Assembly: GCA_965248925.1 (NCBI GenBank)
Contig: CBDFLE010000005.1
Location: forward strand, 1,088,001 to 1,152,000
Source of the DNA: Candidatus Multivoradales bacterium
GTDB lineage: Bacteria; Acidobacteriota; Thermoanaerobaculia; Multivoradales; J023
Reading direction: 5' to 3'
Length of the DNA: 64,000 nucleotides
Shown: positions 20,832 to 31,274 of the stretch, one piece after another
How the letters are laid out: each line of letters begins with the position of its first letter
Numbering within the stretch: the first letter of the stretch is position 1
Position numbers and translations under genes: made by a program
Notes under the pieces: model-generated
What the model was told of the DNA's origin: nothing
Databases searched by the model: none
What the model saw: the letters and a program-made list of their open reading frames with translations, nothing else

Positions 20832-22241
20832 ATGCCGGAAAAGCTCACCCTCCAGATCCCCGACAACGAACTGCGTCAAGCCGGTGAGCAGATCAGCCGT
20901 CAGGTGGCGGCGGCGGGAGGGCGCGTGCTGGTGGTCGGCGGCAGCGTCCGCGACAGCTTGTTAGGGCTTCCCGCCCGAGACCTAGATCTCGAGGTTTACG
21001 GCCTGCCGCCAGAACGCCTGCGGGGACTGCTGGAGGAGAATTTCCGGCTGGACCTGGTGGGCCGCTCCTTCGGCGTGTTGAAGTTGCGCGGTCTGGCGAT
21101 CGATGTCGCCATTCCGCGCCGTGAGTCCAAGCGTGGCCTCGGCCACCGGGGCTTCGAGATTTACTCCGATCCACAACTAGGACTCGCGGCAGCGGCCGCC
21201 CGACGCGATTTTACGATCAACGCCCTGGCCTGGGATCCGCTGACCAGAGAGCTGCTCGATCCCCATGGCGGGGTTGCCGATCTCGAAGCCAATCTGCTGC
21301 GCCACGTCTCTGAGAAGTTCTCCGAAGATCCTCTGCGGGTGCTGCGGGCGATGCAGATGGCCGCCCGTTTCGACCTCGAAGTCGCTCCCGAGACCCTCGC
21401 TCTGTGCTGCTCCATCGGACCCGAGGGCTTGGCCCGTGAGCGAATCTTCGAGGAGTGGCGCAAGCTCATGCTGCAAGGCCGGAGAATCTCTCGCGGCCTC
21501 ACCTTCCTGCGTGACTGTGGTTGGCTCGGTCTCTACCCCGAACTCGAATCTCTGGTCGGCTGTGAGCAGGAGCCGGAGTGGCACCCCGAGGGCGATGTTT
21601 GGATCCACACCCTGCACGTGCTCGACGCCTTCGCCAGCGAACGCCTCGATGACCCTTGGGAAGATCTAGTGGTGGGCTTCGGCTGCCTCTGCCACGACCT
21701 GGGCAAGCCGGCCACCACGGTCTTCGAAAATGGCCGCTGGCGCTCGCCCGGGCACGAAGAAGCCGGCGCCGCGCCGAGCCGCAGCTTGCTCGCCCGGCTG
21801 ACTGAGCAGCAAGCACTGGCCGACGCGGTGGTACCGCTAGTCTGTGAACATCTGAAGCCCTTTCAGCTCTTCGCCGCCGACGCCAGCACCGCGGCGGTGC
21901 GCCGGCTGGCGCGACGGGTGCGCATCGACCGGCTGGTACGGGTCGCCCGCGCCGACCACCGCGGCCGCCCGCCCAAACCCTTCGACGGTTTCCCCGCCGG
22001 AGTTTGGTTGCTCGCCCGCGCCGAGGAACTGGCGGTAGCGGCTCAGGCGCCGCAGCCGCTGGTGCTCGGGCGGCACTTGATCGACCTCGGACTGCGGCCG
22101 GGACCGCACTTCAAACCCCTGCTAGACGCCTGCTTCGAAGCCCAGTTGGATGGCGAGTTCGAGCAGCTCGCGACCGGGATCGAATTCGCTCGCCGCTTGG
22201 CGCGACAACATCTGGCCAGCAGCAGCGTCGAAGGGGACTGA
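20832..22241 (+). CDS. cca: tRNA nucleotidyltransferase (CCA-adding/poly(A) polymerase family) with HD domain
   Basis: GGSVRD, DLDLE, RRDFTINA, EDPLRVLR, HDLGKP. Confidence 0.85.
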   Translation: MPEKLTLQIPDNELRQAGEQISRQVAAAGGRVLVVGGSVRDSLLGLPARDLDLEVYGLPPERLRGLLEENFRLDLVGRSFGVLKLRGLAIDVAIPRRESKRGLGHRGFEIYSDPQLGLAAAAARRDFTINALAWDPLTRELLDPHGGVADLEANLLRHVSEKFSEDPLRVLRAMQMAARFDLEVAPETLALCCSIGPEGLARERIFEEWRKLMLQGRRISRGLTFLRDCGWLGLYPELESLVGCEQEPEWHPEGDVWIHTLHVLDAFASERLDDPWEDLVVGFGCLCHDLGKPATTVFENGRWRSPGHEEAGAAPSRSLLARLTEQQALADAVVPLVCEHLKPFQLFAADASTAAVRRLARRVRIDRLVRVARADHRGRPPKPFDGFPAGVWLLARAEELAVAAQAPQPLVLGRHLIDLGLRPGPHFKPLLDACFEAQLDGEFEQLATGIEFARRLARQHLASSSVEGD

Positions 22242-22261
22242 TCGCAGAGACCGCTGCCATC

Positions 22262-23155
22262 ATGAATTCTCCTGCCAAGGGCAACGCCCAACTGGTGTTG
22301 AGCGCCGCTGCCTTCGCCCTCATGACTCTGCTGGTTAAGATCCTCGGCCAACGTCTGCCGAGCCAAGAGATCGTCTTTGTCCGCGCTGCCATAACCCTCG
22401 TGCTGAGCTGGGCGCTGCTGCGCCGTGCCGGAGTAGCGGCGCTGGGCAACCAGCGCGGCCTGCTCCTTCTACGGGGCCTCTTCGGCTTTCTCGGTCTGAG
22501 TTGCTTCTTCTATGCGCTGACTCGGCTGCCGATCGCCGAAGCCTCGGTGATTCAATACACCAATCCGATCTTCACTACCATCCTGGCGGCTTTAACTCTC
22601 GGCGAACGGGCCGGGCCGCGACGCTGGCTGGCCGCCCTGGTGGGCTTTGCTGGCGTGCTGCTGGTGGTGCGCCCGGCGGCTCTTTTTGGCGGCCATTCTG
22701 CCCAACTCGATCGATGGGCGGTAAGCATCGCGCTACTCGGCGCCTTGATGAGCGCCGGTGCCTACGTCACCGTTCGTCACCTGAGTAGCCGCGAAAACCC
22801 GCTGGTGATTGTGCTCTACTTTCCCCTGGTAACCCTACCGCTGTCCCTGCCCTCCATGCTGCCTGGCGCCCTATGGCCAAACGTCAATGAGTGGCTGCTA
22901 CTCGCTGCCGTGGCGCTGTTGGCACAGTGCGCCCAGGTCGCCCTGACCCGCGGCATGCGCCATGTCCAAGCCGGCGCGGCGATGACTGTGTTGTATTTGC
23001 AAGTGCTCTTTGCAACCCTCTTGGGAGCACTGATCTTGGGTGAGATCCCCGGCCTGTGGACTCTCGCCGGCTCGCTGCTGATCCTCGCCGGCACCGTCGG
23101 CGCCGTGGTCGGCACGGCTGAGGCGCGAAGCCTCCGCAGAGGAAAAACTCCCTAG
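22262..23155 (+). CDS. DMT/EamA family transporter
   Basis: About 10 TM helices, YTNPIFTTILAALTLGE. Confidence 0.9.
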   Translation: MNSPAKGNAQLVLSAAAFALMTLLVKILGQRLPSQEIVFVRAAITLVLSWALLRRAGVAALGNQRGLLLLRGLFGFLGLSCFFYALTRLPIAEASVIQYTNPIFTTILAALTLGERAGPRRWLAALVGFAGVLLVVRPAALFGGHSAQLDRWAVSIALLGALMSAGAYVTVRHLSSRENPLVIVLYFPLVTLPLSLPSMLPGALWPNVNEWLLLAAVALLAQCAQVALTRGMRHVQAGAAMTVLYLQVLFATLLGALILGEIPGLWTLAGSLLILAGTVGAVVGTAEARSLRRGKTP

Positions 23156-23159
23156 GGAA

Positions 23160-26100
23160 CTAAATCACCTCGGCCACCGGCGCTTTGCTACCCCATCGCC
23201 GGGCCAAGGCCGCCCGCGCGTCAAGTACCAAGCTGAACAGAGCCGGCACCAGGAACAGAGTGAACACCGTCGACACCGCCAAGCCACCGATCACCACGCT
23301 GCCCAAGCCACGATAGAGTTCCGAGCCGGCGCCGGGGAAAAACACCAGCGGCAGCATGCCGCACAAGCTGGTGGAAACGCTCATGAAGATCGGCCGCACA
23401 CGGGTGCGGGTCGACTCGCGAATCGCATCGACCGGTGACAGGCCGTCGGCACGCATGTGGTTCAACGCCTGGTGCACGACCAGAATGGCGTTGTTGACCA
23501 CCGTGCCGACCAAGATCACGAAACCGAGCATGGTCAGCACGTCCAGAGCTTGATAGGTCAGCAAGTTGAGCGCGCCGAGGCCGAGGAAGCCACCGAGCGC
23601 CGCCATCGGCACGCTGAATAGAATCACCAGCGGATAGAGGAAACTCTCGAACAGAGCCGCCATCAGCAGGTAGGTAATAAGGATCGCCAGCAACAGATTC
23701 CATTGCAGAGCCTGGCGGGTCTGGGTCAGCTTGTCGGCACTGCCGGCGTAAGACACCCGGTAGAGGCCACCCACGTCCCCGGCTTGGCGCATTGGCGCCA
23801 ACACCCCGGCATCGATGCGCTCCATCGCTTCCTGCAGCGGGATCTCGTCGGGAGGCGTCACCTGGATGGTGATGGTGCGCTGGCGCTCGCGGTGATCGAT
23901 CTGCACCGGCCCCTGACGTAGCTCTACCGCCGCCACCGAACCCAAGCTGACCTGGCGTCCATCGGCGGTGGCGATCGGTAGCTGCTCCAGACGGTGGGTG
24001 CTGAGCATGTCTCCAACCTCGCCGCGCAACACTAGATCGATCTCGCGTCCGTCGTGCTGATAGTCGCTGACCTTGGCGCCGTCGACCAGGACATCAACTA
24101 TTAGCCCCAGCTCTCGGTTGGAAATACCAAGCTCGGCGGCACGGCGGCGGCTGGCGCGCAAGTGCACCTCCGGATTGCCAAGATCGAGGCCCGGAATAGG
24201 GAACGCCTGCGCTCCCGGCAACACAGTGCCGATGGCGCCCATCACCCGGCCGCCGAGGGCAATCAAGCGCAGCAGGTCTGGGCCAGTGATCTCGATGTCG
24301 ATACTGCGGCCACCGGCGATGTCGGTCTGGAAGATACTAAACTGCTGGGTGAAAGCAATGGTACCGGGAATTCTCGAATTGGCGCGCTGGATCTCTGGGA
24401 TCAGCTCCCGCACCCGCAGCTCTTCGCGACTGGAAGCACCGACGAACACTTGACCATCGAAGACACCATAGAAGAACTCCGAAATTCCGCCCGCGGGCAG
24501 CTGCGTCGTGTCCTCGGCGGTCTCCTGCCAGAGGTGCCCGAGTTCCTCGGTAAACAAGTCGTAGAACGAGATCACTTCTTCGAGGTTGTAGCCCGGCGGC
24601 GGCAGCACGATGCCAAAAACGAAATTGACGTTGCCTAGAGGCAGGTACTCGGCCTTGGGAATCAACAACCAGCTGAGCAGCAGAGCACCGACGGTGAACG
24701 CCAGCACGATGGCCAATCGCCGCAAGGTAGTGCGGCAGATCCACTCCACACGATTGGCGATCCAGTCGGCGAGCCGGCCGGCCAGTGCTACTCCGCCCCA
24801 CAACTGGCGCGGGCCGCGGTGGCGAGCGGACGTTCGCGGCTCGGTATCGGCACTGCCGGCGGCATCGAGCAGCTTGGCCGCCAAAGCCGGGATCACCGTC
24901 ACCGACACCACCAAGCTCAAGGCGACACTGGCCGAGATCGCCAGGGCGATATCGCGAAACAACTGACCCGCCTCCTCCTCGACGAAGAGGATCGGCACGA
25001 ACACCGCGATGGTCGTCAAGGTGCTGGCGAGCACCGCTCCGAAGACCTCGTTGGTACCCTCTAACGCTGCCCGATAGCGCGACTTGCCGTTCTGACGGTG
25101 GCGGAAAATGTTCTCCAGCACGACAATCGAATTGTCCACCACCATGCCAACGGCAAAGGCCATGCCGGCCATCGAAACCACATTCAGGGTGCGGCCCAGC
25201 CCTTTCATGATCAAGAAGGTGCCGACCAGACTGATGGGGATAGTCAATGCCACGATCAGCGTGCTGGTACGGCTGCGCAAGTAGAGCAACAAGGCGACGA
25301 TGGCCAGCAAACCGCCGAGCAGCATGCTTTGGCGGACCAGCCCAATAGCGCTGTAGATGTAGTCGCTTTGGTCGTAGGCCAGGTGTAGACGTAAGCCGCG
25401 ATCTGCCAGCAGGTCGCGGTCCAACTCGAGGATCACCCGGCGTAGTTCGGTCATCGCATCCAGGGTGTTGGCACCGGGCTCCTTGATGATCGCCAGGCCC
25501 AACATCTCACCGCTGGCCCCGAGCATGCGGGTGTCGGCCTTGCGGTAGCCAAGTTCTACCCGGGCCACGTCGCCGATGGTCACCGGCGTGGTGCCGCGCA
25601 TCGCCACCACCACCTGCTCGACTTCCCGCGCCGAGGCATACTCCCCCACGGTCCGTACCACATAGCGCCGTTTGCCCTCGCTGAAATCACCGCCGCTGAA
25701 GTTGCGATTCTCACTCTCTAGCGCCGCCGCCAGCTGGCCGATGGTCAATTGGTGAGCAGCCAGCCGAGCGGCATCGACGATCACCTGGAGTTCGCGCTCG
25801 CGACCGCCGAACAGGTTGGCCTTGGCAATTCCCGGCACCCGTTCAAGCAACGGCTTGACCTCGTCGTCGACGAAGTCGCGCAAGGTCCACACCGGCGTTT
25901 GATCTACGGCCTCGGGGAGCCGGCCGAGAGTTAACCAGGCCATCGCGTTGATGTTGGGATCGGCGGTGAGCAACACCGGTTTCTCAGCGTTGTCGGGATA
26001 TCGCGGCACCTGTTCGAGGCGGTTCGACACCTTCAACAAGTTGGCCGCGGAATCGCTGCCCACCGCGAAACGCAAGCGAATCTCGGCGCGACTGTCAAGA

Positions 26101-26351
26101 CTCGAGCTCTCCATTTCGAGCAGCCCGTCGAGCCCCTTGAGTTGCTCTTCCTGCTCGTCAACGATCTCGCGCTCGATCTCCGCCGGGCTGGCACCAGGCC
26201 ACAGGGTTTGGACAATCACCATCGGCTGCTCGACACTCGGCGTCAGCTGCACTGGGATATTTACCAGGGCGAGGCCGCCGAAGAGCACTAGCAGCAGCAC
26301 GCCTACGGCGGTCTTGACCGGAGAACGGATGGCTGCCGCGACCCAATTCAT
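23160..26351 (-). CDS. RND efflux permease (AcrB/AcrD/AcrF family)
   Basis: GMVVDNSIVVLENI, ASTLTTIAVFVP, RVRPIFM. Confidence 0.95.
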   Translation of the reverse strand: MNWVAAAIRSPVKTAVGVLLLVLFGGLALVNIPVQLTPSVEQPMVIVQTLWPGASPAEIEREIVDEQEEQLKGLDGLLEMESSSLDSRAEIRLRFAVGSDSAANLLKVSNRLEQVPRYPDNAEKPVLLTADPNINAMAWLTLGRLPEAVDQTPVWTLRDFVDDEVKPLLERVPGIAKANLFGGRERELQVIVDAARLAAHQLTIGQLAAALESENRNFSGGDFSEGKRRYVVRTVGEYASAREVEQVVVAMRGTTPVTIGDVARVELGYRKADTRMLGASGEMLGLAIIKEPGANTLDAMTELRRVILELDRDLLADRGLRLHLAYDQSDYIYSAIGLVRQSMLLGGLLAIVALLLYLRSRTSTLIVALTIPISLVGTFLIMKGLGRTLNVVSMAGMAFAVGMVVDNSIVVLENIFRHRQNGKSRYRAALEGTNEVFGAVLASTLTTIAVFVPILFVEEEAGQLFRDIALAISASVALSLVVSVTVIPALAAKLLDAAGSADTEPRTSARHRGPRQLWGGVALAGRLADWIANRVEWICRTTLRRLAIVLAFTVGALLLSWLLIPKAEYLPLGNVNFVFGIVLPPPGYNLEEVISFYDLFTEELGHLWQETAEDTTQLPAGGISEFFYGVFDGQVFVGASSREELRVRELIPEIQRANSRIPGTIAFTQQFSIFQTDIAGGRSIDIEITGPDLLRLIALGGRVMGAIGTVLPGAQAFPIPGLDLGNPEVHLRASRRRAAELGISNRELGLIVDVLVDGAKVSDYQHDGREIDLVLRGEVGDMLSTHRLEQLPIATADGRQVSLGSVAAVELRQGPVQIDHRERQRTITIQVTPPDEIPLQEAMERIDAGVLAPMRQAGDVGGLYRVSYAGSADKLTQTRQALQWNLLLAILITYLLMAALFESFLYPLVILFSVPMAALGGFLGLGALNLLTYQALDVLTMLGFVILVGTVVNNAILVVHQALNHMRADGLSPVDAIRESTRTRVRPIFMSVSTSLCGMLPLVFFPGAGSELYRGLGSVVIGGLAVSTVFTLFLVPALFSLVLDARAALARRWGSKAPVAEVI

Positions 26352-27442
26352 GGTGCCGGGTACTCCACGTCCTGGGCCTCCACCGCCATGCCGGCCATCA
26401 GCCGCTCATTGCCACGGGTCACAACTCGGTCACCGGCCTGGAGGCCGAGAACTGCGATCCAAGCGCCAGCGCCGCTGCCGAGTTCCACCTCCACGACTCG
26501 CGCCACCGCTCCATCAGCGGTCTCCTCCAGGCGAAAGACCCGCCGCCTGGGACCTTCCCCAAGCAGCGCGTCCTTGGGAACTAAAACTGCCGCTCGCGAC
26601 TGGCTCGCGACTAGTTCGACCGTCGCCGACATACCGACCGCCAAGTTCCCGTCTGAGTTATCCACCGCCACCTTGACCGGAAAGGCCCGCGAGCCGCGGT
26701 CTGCCCGGGGGATCACCGCCACGATTTTGCCAACCAGTTCGAGACCCGGTAGAGCATCGACTCGGACCACCGCCGAGGCCCCCTCGACAGCGGTGGCGAA
26801 GTGCCGCTCAGGCACGCTGACCACCACCTCCAACCGTGACAAGTCGACAATCTCGACCACTGGCCCACCGACTTCGATCCACTCGCCTAGCTCGCAACGT
26901 TGGGCGACCACCACCCCGGAAAAAGGCGCGCGCACCCGGGCGTTTCGCAGCGCCACCTCGAGGCGGGCAATCTCGGCCTTGGCGGCATTGATGCTACCGC
27001 GCCAGACATTGACCTCCGACTTGGCGTCATCGAGCCGCTGCTGGCTCACTACTCCCGAGGCCGACAGCTCACCCATCCGGGTCGACGACTGCTCGGCCTG
27101 CTGCAAGCGTGCGGCGACCTCGGCAAGCCGCGCCGTGGCGGCGGTATGGTCCTGCTCAATATCTTCGCGGCGCAGCCGCACCAGCAAGTCGCCGCGGCGT
27201 ACGCGATCACCTTCACGAGCCAATACTTCCACCACCGGACCGGCCACCAGACTAGCGACGACGGCGCTGACCCGCGCCTCGACCGTGCCCGCCATCGTCG
27301 CGGTGCTGCGCAGCGGCGCCGAACGAGCGGCGGTGACTCCGACCGTGGCGGGGCCGGGCGGCTGGGCCGCGACCGACAATGCGGTCGCCGCAACCGCCAG
27401 CAGCAAGATGGCTCCCAACCATGATGTTGACCTTAAACCCAT
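26348..27442 (-). CDS. RND periplasmic adaptor (membrane fusion protein)
   Basis: EGDRVRRGDLLVRL, VRAPFSGVV; 4-nt overlap with the permease. Confidence 0.93.
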   Translation of the reverse strand: MGLRSTSWLGAILLLAVAATALSVAAQPPGPATVGVTAARSAPLRSTATMAGTVEARVSAVVASLVAGPVVEVLAREGDRVRRGDLLVRLRREDIEQDHTAATARLAEVAARLQQAEQSSTRMGELSASGVVSQQRLDDAKSEVNVWRGSINAAKAEIARLEVALRNARVRAPFSGVVVAQRCELGEWIEVGGPVVEIVDLSRLEVVVSVPERHFATAVEGASAVVRVDALPGLELVGKIVAVIPRADRGSRAFPVKVAVDNSDGNLAVGMSATVELVASQSRAAVLVPKDALLGEGPRRRVFRLEETADGAVARVVEVELGSGAGAWIAVLGLQAGDRVVTRGNERLMAGMAVEAQDVEYPAP

Positions 27443-27584
27443 GTTCCGTAACTCCTCAAGATAGACCTGAGCCCAGATTCATCTGGGGCACGGATCTTGC
27501 CATCTCCAGGGAGAAAGTGAAACCCGAATTATAGGTACGAGAATAGGGCCGAGGAGTTCAGCGGACCAGCAGCCTATCTACAGA

Positions 27585-27614
27585 GCAAGCCGCGGCCCCT
27601 CCGCCGCGGCTTGC
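27585..27614. terminator. Strong hairpin downstream of the carboxylesterase
   Basis: GCAAGCCGCGGC-ccctcc-GCCGCGGCTTGC 12-bp stem; no clear U-tract. Confidence 0.5.
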
Positions 27615-27639
27615 AGAGACCGGTCGATCGGCAGAAGTG

Positions 27640-29499
27640 CTAGTCCCGCGGGTCTTCGAACTCGGCGAAATCGTCGCCCGGCGGCACGAAGAGCTGGTAG
27701 TTTTGCCACTCCTCAGCGCCGGGTATCAGGGTGTTAAGGAAGCTGCAATCAAGCTCGTCGGCACCAGTGACTGTGACCGGCTGACCGGTCTTGGCCGTCG
27801 AAGTAGAAGTCCAGTTGGCGAACAGCATGTAGTCGCTGTCAGTAGTGTATTGGGGCCAGGTCACCCCTCCTGCTGTGCCCGGATCGTGAGCGCTCGAGGC
27901 GAAAGCGCCCCAGGAGCTGACCATGGCATTGGAGAGAGCACGAGTTTCAGAATTCGGGTCCGAGCACCAGTTCTGGTCGAACGAACCAAAAACATAGGCC
28001 AGCTCAGCACCGTGGCAGACTTCGTTCTTGCACTGACTGGAAGTCTTCCACAGTGGCAAGTAGAAGGGCGAGGTCGGCACCTGATCGAACTGGTAGGCGT
28101 AGACGGGTCCTGGCGAAGTCTTGGCGAAGTATTGGTTGGCGCAGGTGAAGAGGTAGTCGGTGAGCAAGCGACTGAAGTGGTCCAGGTTCTTCGTCGCATC
28201 GCCGATGTATCCGACCGTGCCGTAGACCTTCGAGCCTGCAATCTTGGTCGCCACGGTCTCATGATGCGGAAAGAGATCCTTCAGAACGTGACTGTAGACC
28301 GCGCCCCAAAAGGGGTGGCCGCTTTGGGTCTTGGCCACCGCCGCAATTCCGTCGGCAAAGATCCGGCCCTCATTGCGATTGGTACCGAACAGCATCGGCA
28401 CTACCTCGGTGCCCATTTTTTTTGCTTCGTAGATAGCGTGGATCGGCTCGTCGGTGATCATCGTGCCATCGACGATCGGCGTCCAGGTCAGGATGTCGAG
28501 ATAGCCGTCCGGCGCCTTCGCAACGTCTGGGGCAATCTCCGCTTTGACGACCAACTGCGGAGCCTGGAGCTTCAGACATTCTAACTTGCTGCTCGTGCTG
28601 CCGGTGCAGCTGAAGTGGCTCGCCAGGTTGTCGAAATACGGCCCGGCCTTTGCCCGGTTCTTGTACGGCAAACCGAGCGGATTGCTCTGCATCGCCGCGG
28701 CCTTGAACATGCCTTTGCTCTTGGGTGCCACCAAAGCGTGCAGCCCCACCGACATACCGCCAGCGCTCTCGCCGAAGATCGTCACGTTATTCTTGTTGCC
28801 GCCGAAGTTGCCGATGTAGCTCTGCACCCAGCGCAGCGCCTGCTGTTGATCGCCGAAGCCAAAGTTGCCGTCCACCGTGCCATCGCTAGAGGCCAGGAAA
28901 CCGAGGGCACCGAGCCGGTAGTTGAAGCTCACCACGATCACATTCTGGGTCGCTGCCAGGCGCGCGCCGTCATAGAGCGCGGTGGCGCTCTCGCCGGCAA
29001 TAAAAGCACCACCGTAGATGTAGACCATCACCGGCAGCTCGGAGGCCATAGTAGCCCCCGCTGGCGTCCACACGTTGAGCGACAGGCAAGACTCGCTCTG
29101 CACCACGCTGCAAACGCCCGTTGAACAGTTTTTGTTGACGGTGTTGGCAGGCTGGCTACAAGCGGCGCCAAAAGCCGTGGCATGCTTGGTTCCGGACCAA
29201 TTCGGCCCAGTCACCTGCGAGTGCTCCCAGCGCGCCGCATTGGCGAACGGGATACCCAGGTAGGCGTGGGCGGTTTGTCCGGCCACCGTCTGCGCCAGAC
29301 CGCAGACCGAAGCGCTACCTCCAAGTGAGATCTGAGTACCGACTGCACAGCTGCCGGCTGCCGGACAGGGCGGGGGCGGAGTTGAAAGAGCTAGTAAGGC
29401 TGTGCCACTGAATGCCAACAGCAAAGTCAGAAAAATCGCTCTTCGCACGGTGCTAGGCGAGCTAAAACAGGCTGAGCGATCTTTTTTTTGGTCCCACAT
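27640..29499 (-). CDS. Secreted type-B carboxylesterase
   Basis: YLGIPFA, SESCLSLNVWTP, NYRLGALGF, FGESAGG, CHGAEL. Confidence 0.93.
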   Translation of the reverse strand: MWDQKKDRSACFSSPSTVRRAIFLTLLLAFSGTALLALSTPPPPCPAAGSCAVGTQISLGGSASVCGLAQTVAGQTAHAYLGIPFANAARWEHSQVTGPNWSGTKHATAFGAACSQPANTVNKNCSTGVCSVVQSESCLSLNVWTPAGATMASELPVMVYIYGGAFIAGESATALYDGARLAATQNVIVVSFNYRLGALGFLASSDGTVDGNFGFGDQQQALRWVQSYIGNFGGNKNNVTIFGESAGGMSVGLHALVAPKSKGMFKAAAMQSNPLGLPYKNRAKAGPYFDNLASHFSCTGSTSSKLECLKLQAPQLVVKAEIAPDVAKAPDGYLDILTWTPIVDGTMITDEPIHAIYEAKKMGTEVVPMLFGTNRNEGRIFADGIAAVAKTQSGHPFWGAVYSHVLKDLFPHHETVATKIAGSKVYGTVGYIGDATKNLDHFSRLLTDYLFTCANQYFAKTSPGPVYAYQFDQVPTSPFYLPLWKTSSQCKNEVCHGAELAYVFGSFDQNWCSDPNSETRALSNAMVSSWGAFASSAHDPGTAGGVTWPQYTTDSDYMLFANWTSTSTAKTGQPVTVTGADELDCSFLNTLIPGAEEWQNYQLFVPPGDDFAEFEDPRD

Positions 29500-29713
29500 T
29501 TCACGTCTCCTTTAGGTTCGGAGCTTCCCCATTCGAGCTCCGGGTTTTGTGGATTCTTGGAGGACGCGAAATCAGCGCGGCGATCTGGTCATCGGCCGAC
29601 CTTTTTCTCATCACGGCAAAAAAATAGATACATGGCGAGATTGCTGTGACAGTATTTATGGCCAAACTGGGCCGCCACCAGGACGTGTCCATACTTTGAG
29701 GAGACGAGACCCG

Positions 29714-31177
29714 ATGAAACCAACTCCCACCGCTGCGCTGATTCTGCTGACGCTGGCCACCTCACCTCTGTGGGCAATCGACTACCATGTCGGTCCAGGC
29801 CAGCCGCTAGCCGCCATCGGCGACGCCCCCTGGGCCACGCTGCAACCCGGCGACCGGGTGTTGATCCACTGGCGGGCGGCTCCGTACCAAGAGAAGTGGG
29901 TGCTCAACCGCCGCGGTACGCCGACCGCCTGGATCTCGGTGCTCGGCGTGCCGGGACCCCAGGGTCAGCCGCCGGTGATCGACGGCCGCGACGCGGTGAC
30001 CCCGGCCGGGCTGAACTTCTGGAACGAAGAGCGCGGGGTGATCAAGATCGGCGGCTCCAACACTCCCCCCGATGGCCTGCCCGCCTATTTGCTGATCGAA
30101 GGTTTGGAAATCCGCTCCGGTCGGCCACCCTTCACCTTCACCAACGATGGCGCCGGCAGCGGCGCGTACGCCCAGAACGCCGCCTCGATCTACATTGAGA
30201 AGGCCGAGCATTTAATTATTCGCGATTGCGTGATCCACGACTCGGGCAACGGCATCTTCGCCGGCTCGTTCAATGGCCAGACCCGCGACCTGCGGATTGA
30301 GCGCAATCACATCTTCGGCAATGGCAACCTGGGCAGCGCCTTCCACCACAACACCTACACCGAGGCGATCGGCGTTCTCTACCAGTACAACCGCTTCGGC
30401 GCCCTGCGCTCCGGCGCCGAGGGCAACAATCTGAAAGACCGCTCAGCGGGCTTGGTCGTGCGCTACAACTGGATAGAAGACGGCAACCGGCAGCTCGATC
30501 TGGTCGAAGGCAGCGCCGAGGTCGCGGCCGATCCTGGCTATGGCCAGACCTCGGTCTACGGCAATGTGCTGATCGAAAGTGACGGCCAGGGCAACAGCCA
30601 GGTGATTCACTACGGCGGCGACGGCGGCAGCACATCCGACTACCGCAAGGGCACGCTGTACTTCTACAACAACACCGTCGTCTCGACCCGTAGCGGCAAC
30701 ACCACCCTGCTACGCCTGTCGACCGAGGACGAATCGGCCGATGTCCGCAACAACGTGCTCTACACCACGGCCGACGGCAGCCGCCTAGCCATGCTGTCCA
30801 CCGCTGGCGCCCTCACCCTGCGCCACAATTGGAGCAAGCCAGGTTGGCGCGACAGCCACGACAGCTTCACCGGCACCATCGACGACGACGGCTCTGGCCT
30901 CACCGGCAGTGATCCCGGCTTCACCGCCGAGGGCACTCAGGGCTACCGTCCAGCGGTCGGCTCGCCGCTGATCGACGGCGGTACTGATCTGCACCCGGCG
31001 GCCCTCTCCCTACCTCTGCTTCGCCACTACGTCCGCCACCGCTCCGACGAGCCCCGGCCAGTAGACGCTAATCTGGACATCGGTGCCTGGGAGCATTGCC
31101 CCACGGCTTGTGTCACCGTGTTTACTGACGACTTCGAGAGCGGAAATACCGCGGCTTGGTCGGCCATCCAGCCTTGA
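29714..31177 (+). CDS. Secreted right-handed beta-helix protein (pectin-lyase-like fold)
   Basis: Signal peptide, IHDSGNGIF, HNTYTE, NLKDRSAG, DIGAWE, tail VFTDDFESGNTAAWS. Confidence 0.8.
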   Translation: MKPTPTAALILLTLATSPLWAIDYHVGPGQPLAAIGDAPWATLQPGDRVLIHWRAAPYQEKWVLNRRGTPTAWISVLGVPGPQGQPPVIDGRDAVTPAGLNFWNEERGVIKIGGSNTPPDGLPAYLLIEGLEIRSGRPPFTFTNDGAGSGAYAQNAASIYIEKAEHLIIRDCVIHDSGNGIFAGSFNGQTRDLRIERNHIFGNGNLGSAFHHNTYTEAIGVLYQYNRFGALRSGAEGNNLKDRSAGLVVRYNWIEDGNRQLDLVEGSAEVAADPGYGQTSVYGNVLIESDGQGNSQVIHYGGDGGSTSDYRKGTLYFYNNTVVSTRSGNTTLLRLSTEDESADVRNNVLYTTADGSRLAMLSTAGALTLRHNWSKPGWRDSHDSFTGTIDDDGSGLTGSDPGFTAEGTQGYRPAVGSPLIDGGTDLHPAALSLPLLRHYVRHRSDEPRPVDANLDIGAWEHCPTACVTVFTDDFESGNTAAWSAIQP

Positions 31178-31274
31178 GCCATTCAGCCTCTGATCGCCCA
31201 CCTTTACGGCGCCTGGTCACCGAGAGTCTTGTGGCAGCGGTTGGCCTTGCTCACCAAGCGACGGGCGTAGATGC

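Noticed and set aside
26388-28584. Long antisense ORFs (26388-27464, 27637-28584 and similar elsewhere)
   Set aside because: Shadow ORFs opposite well-supported genes in high-GC DNA, without motifs
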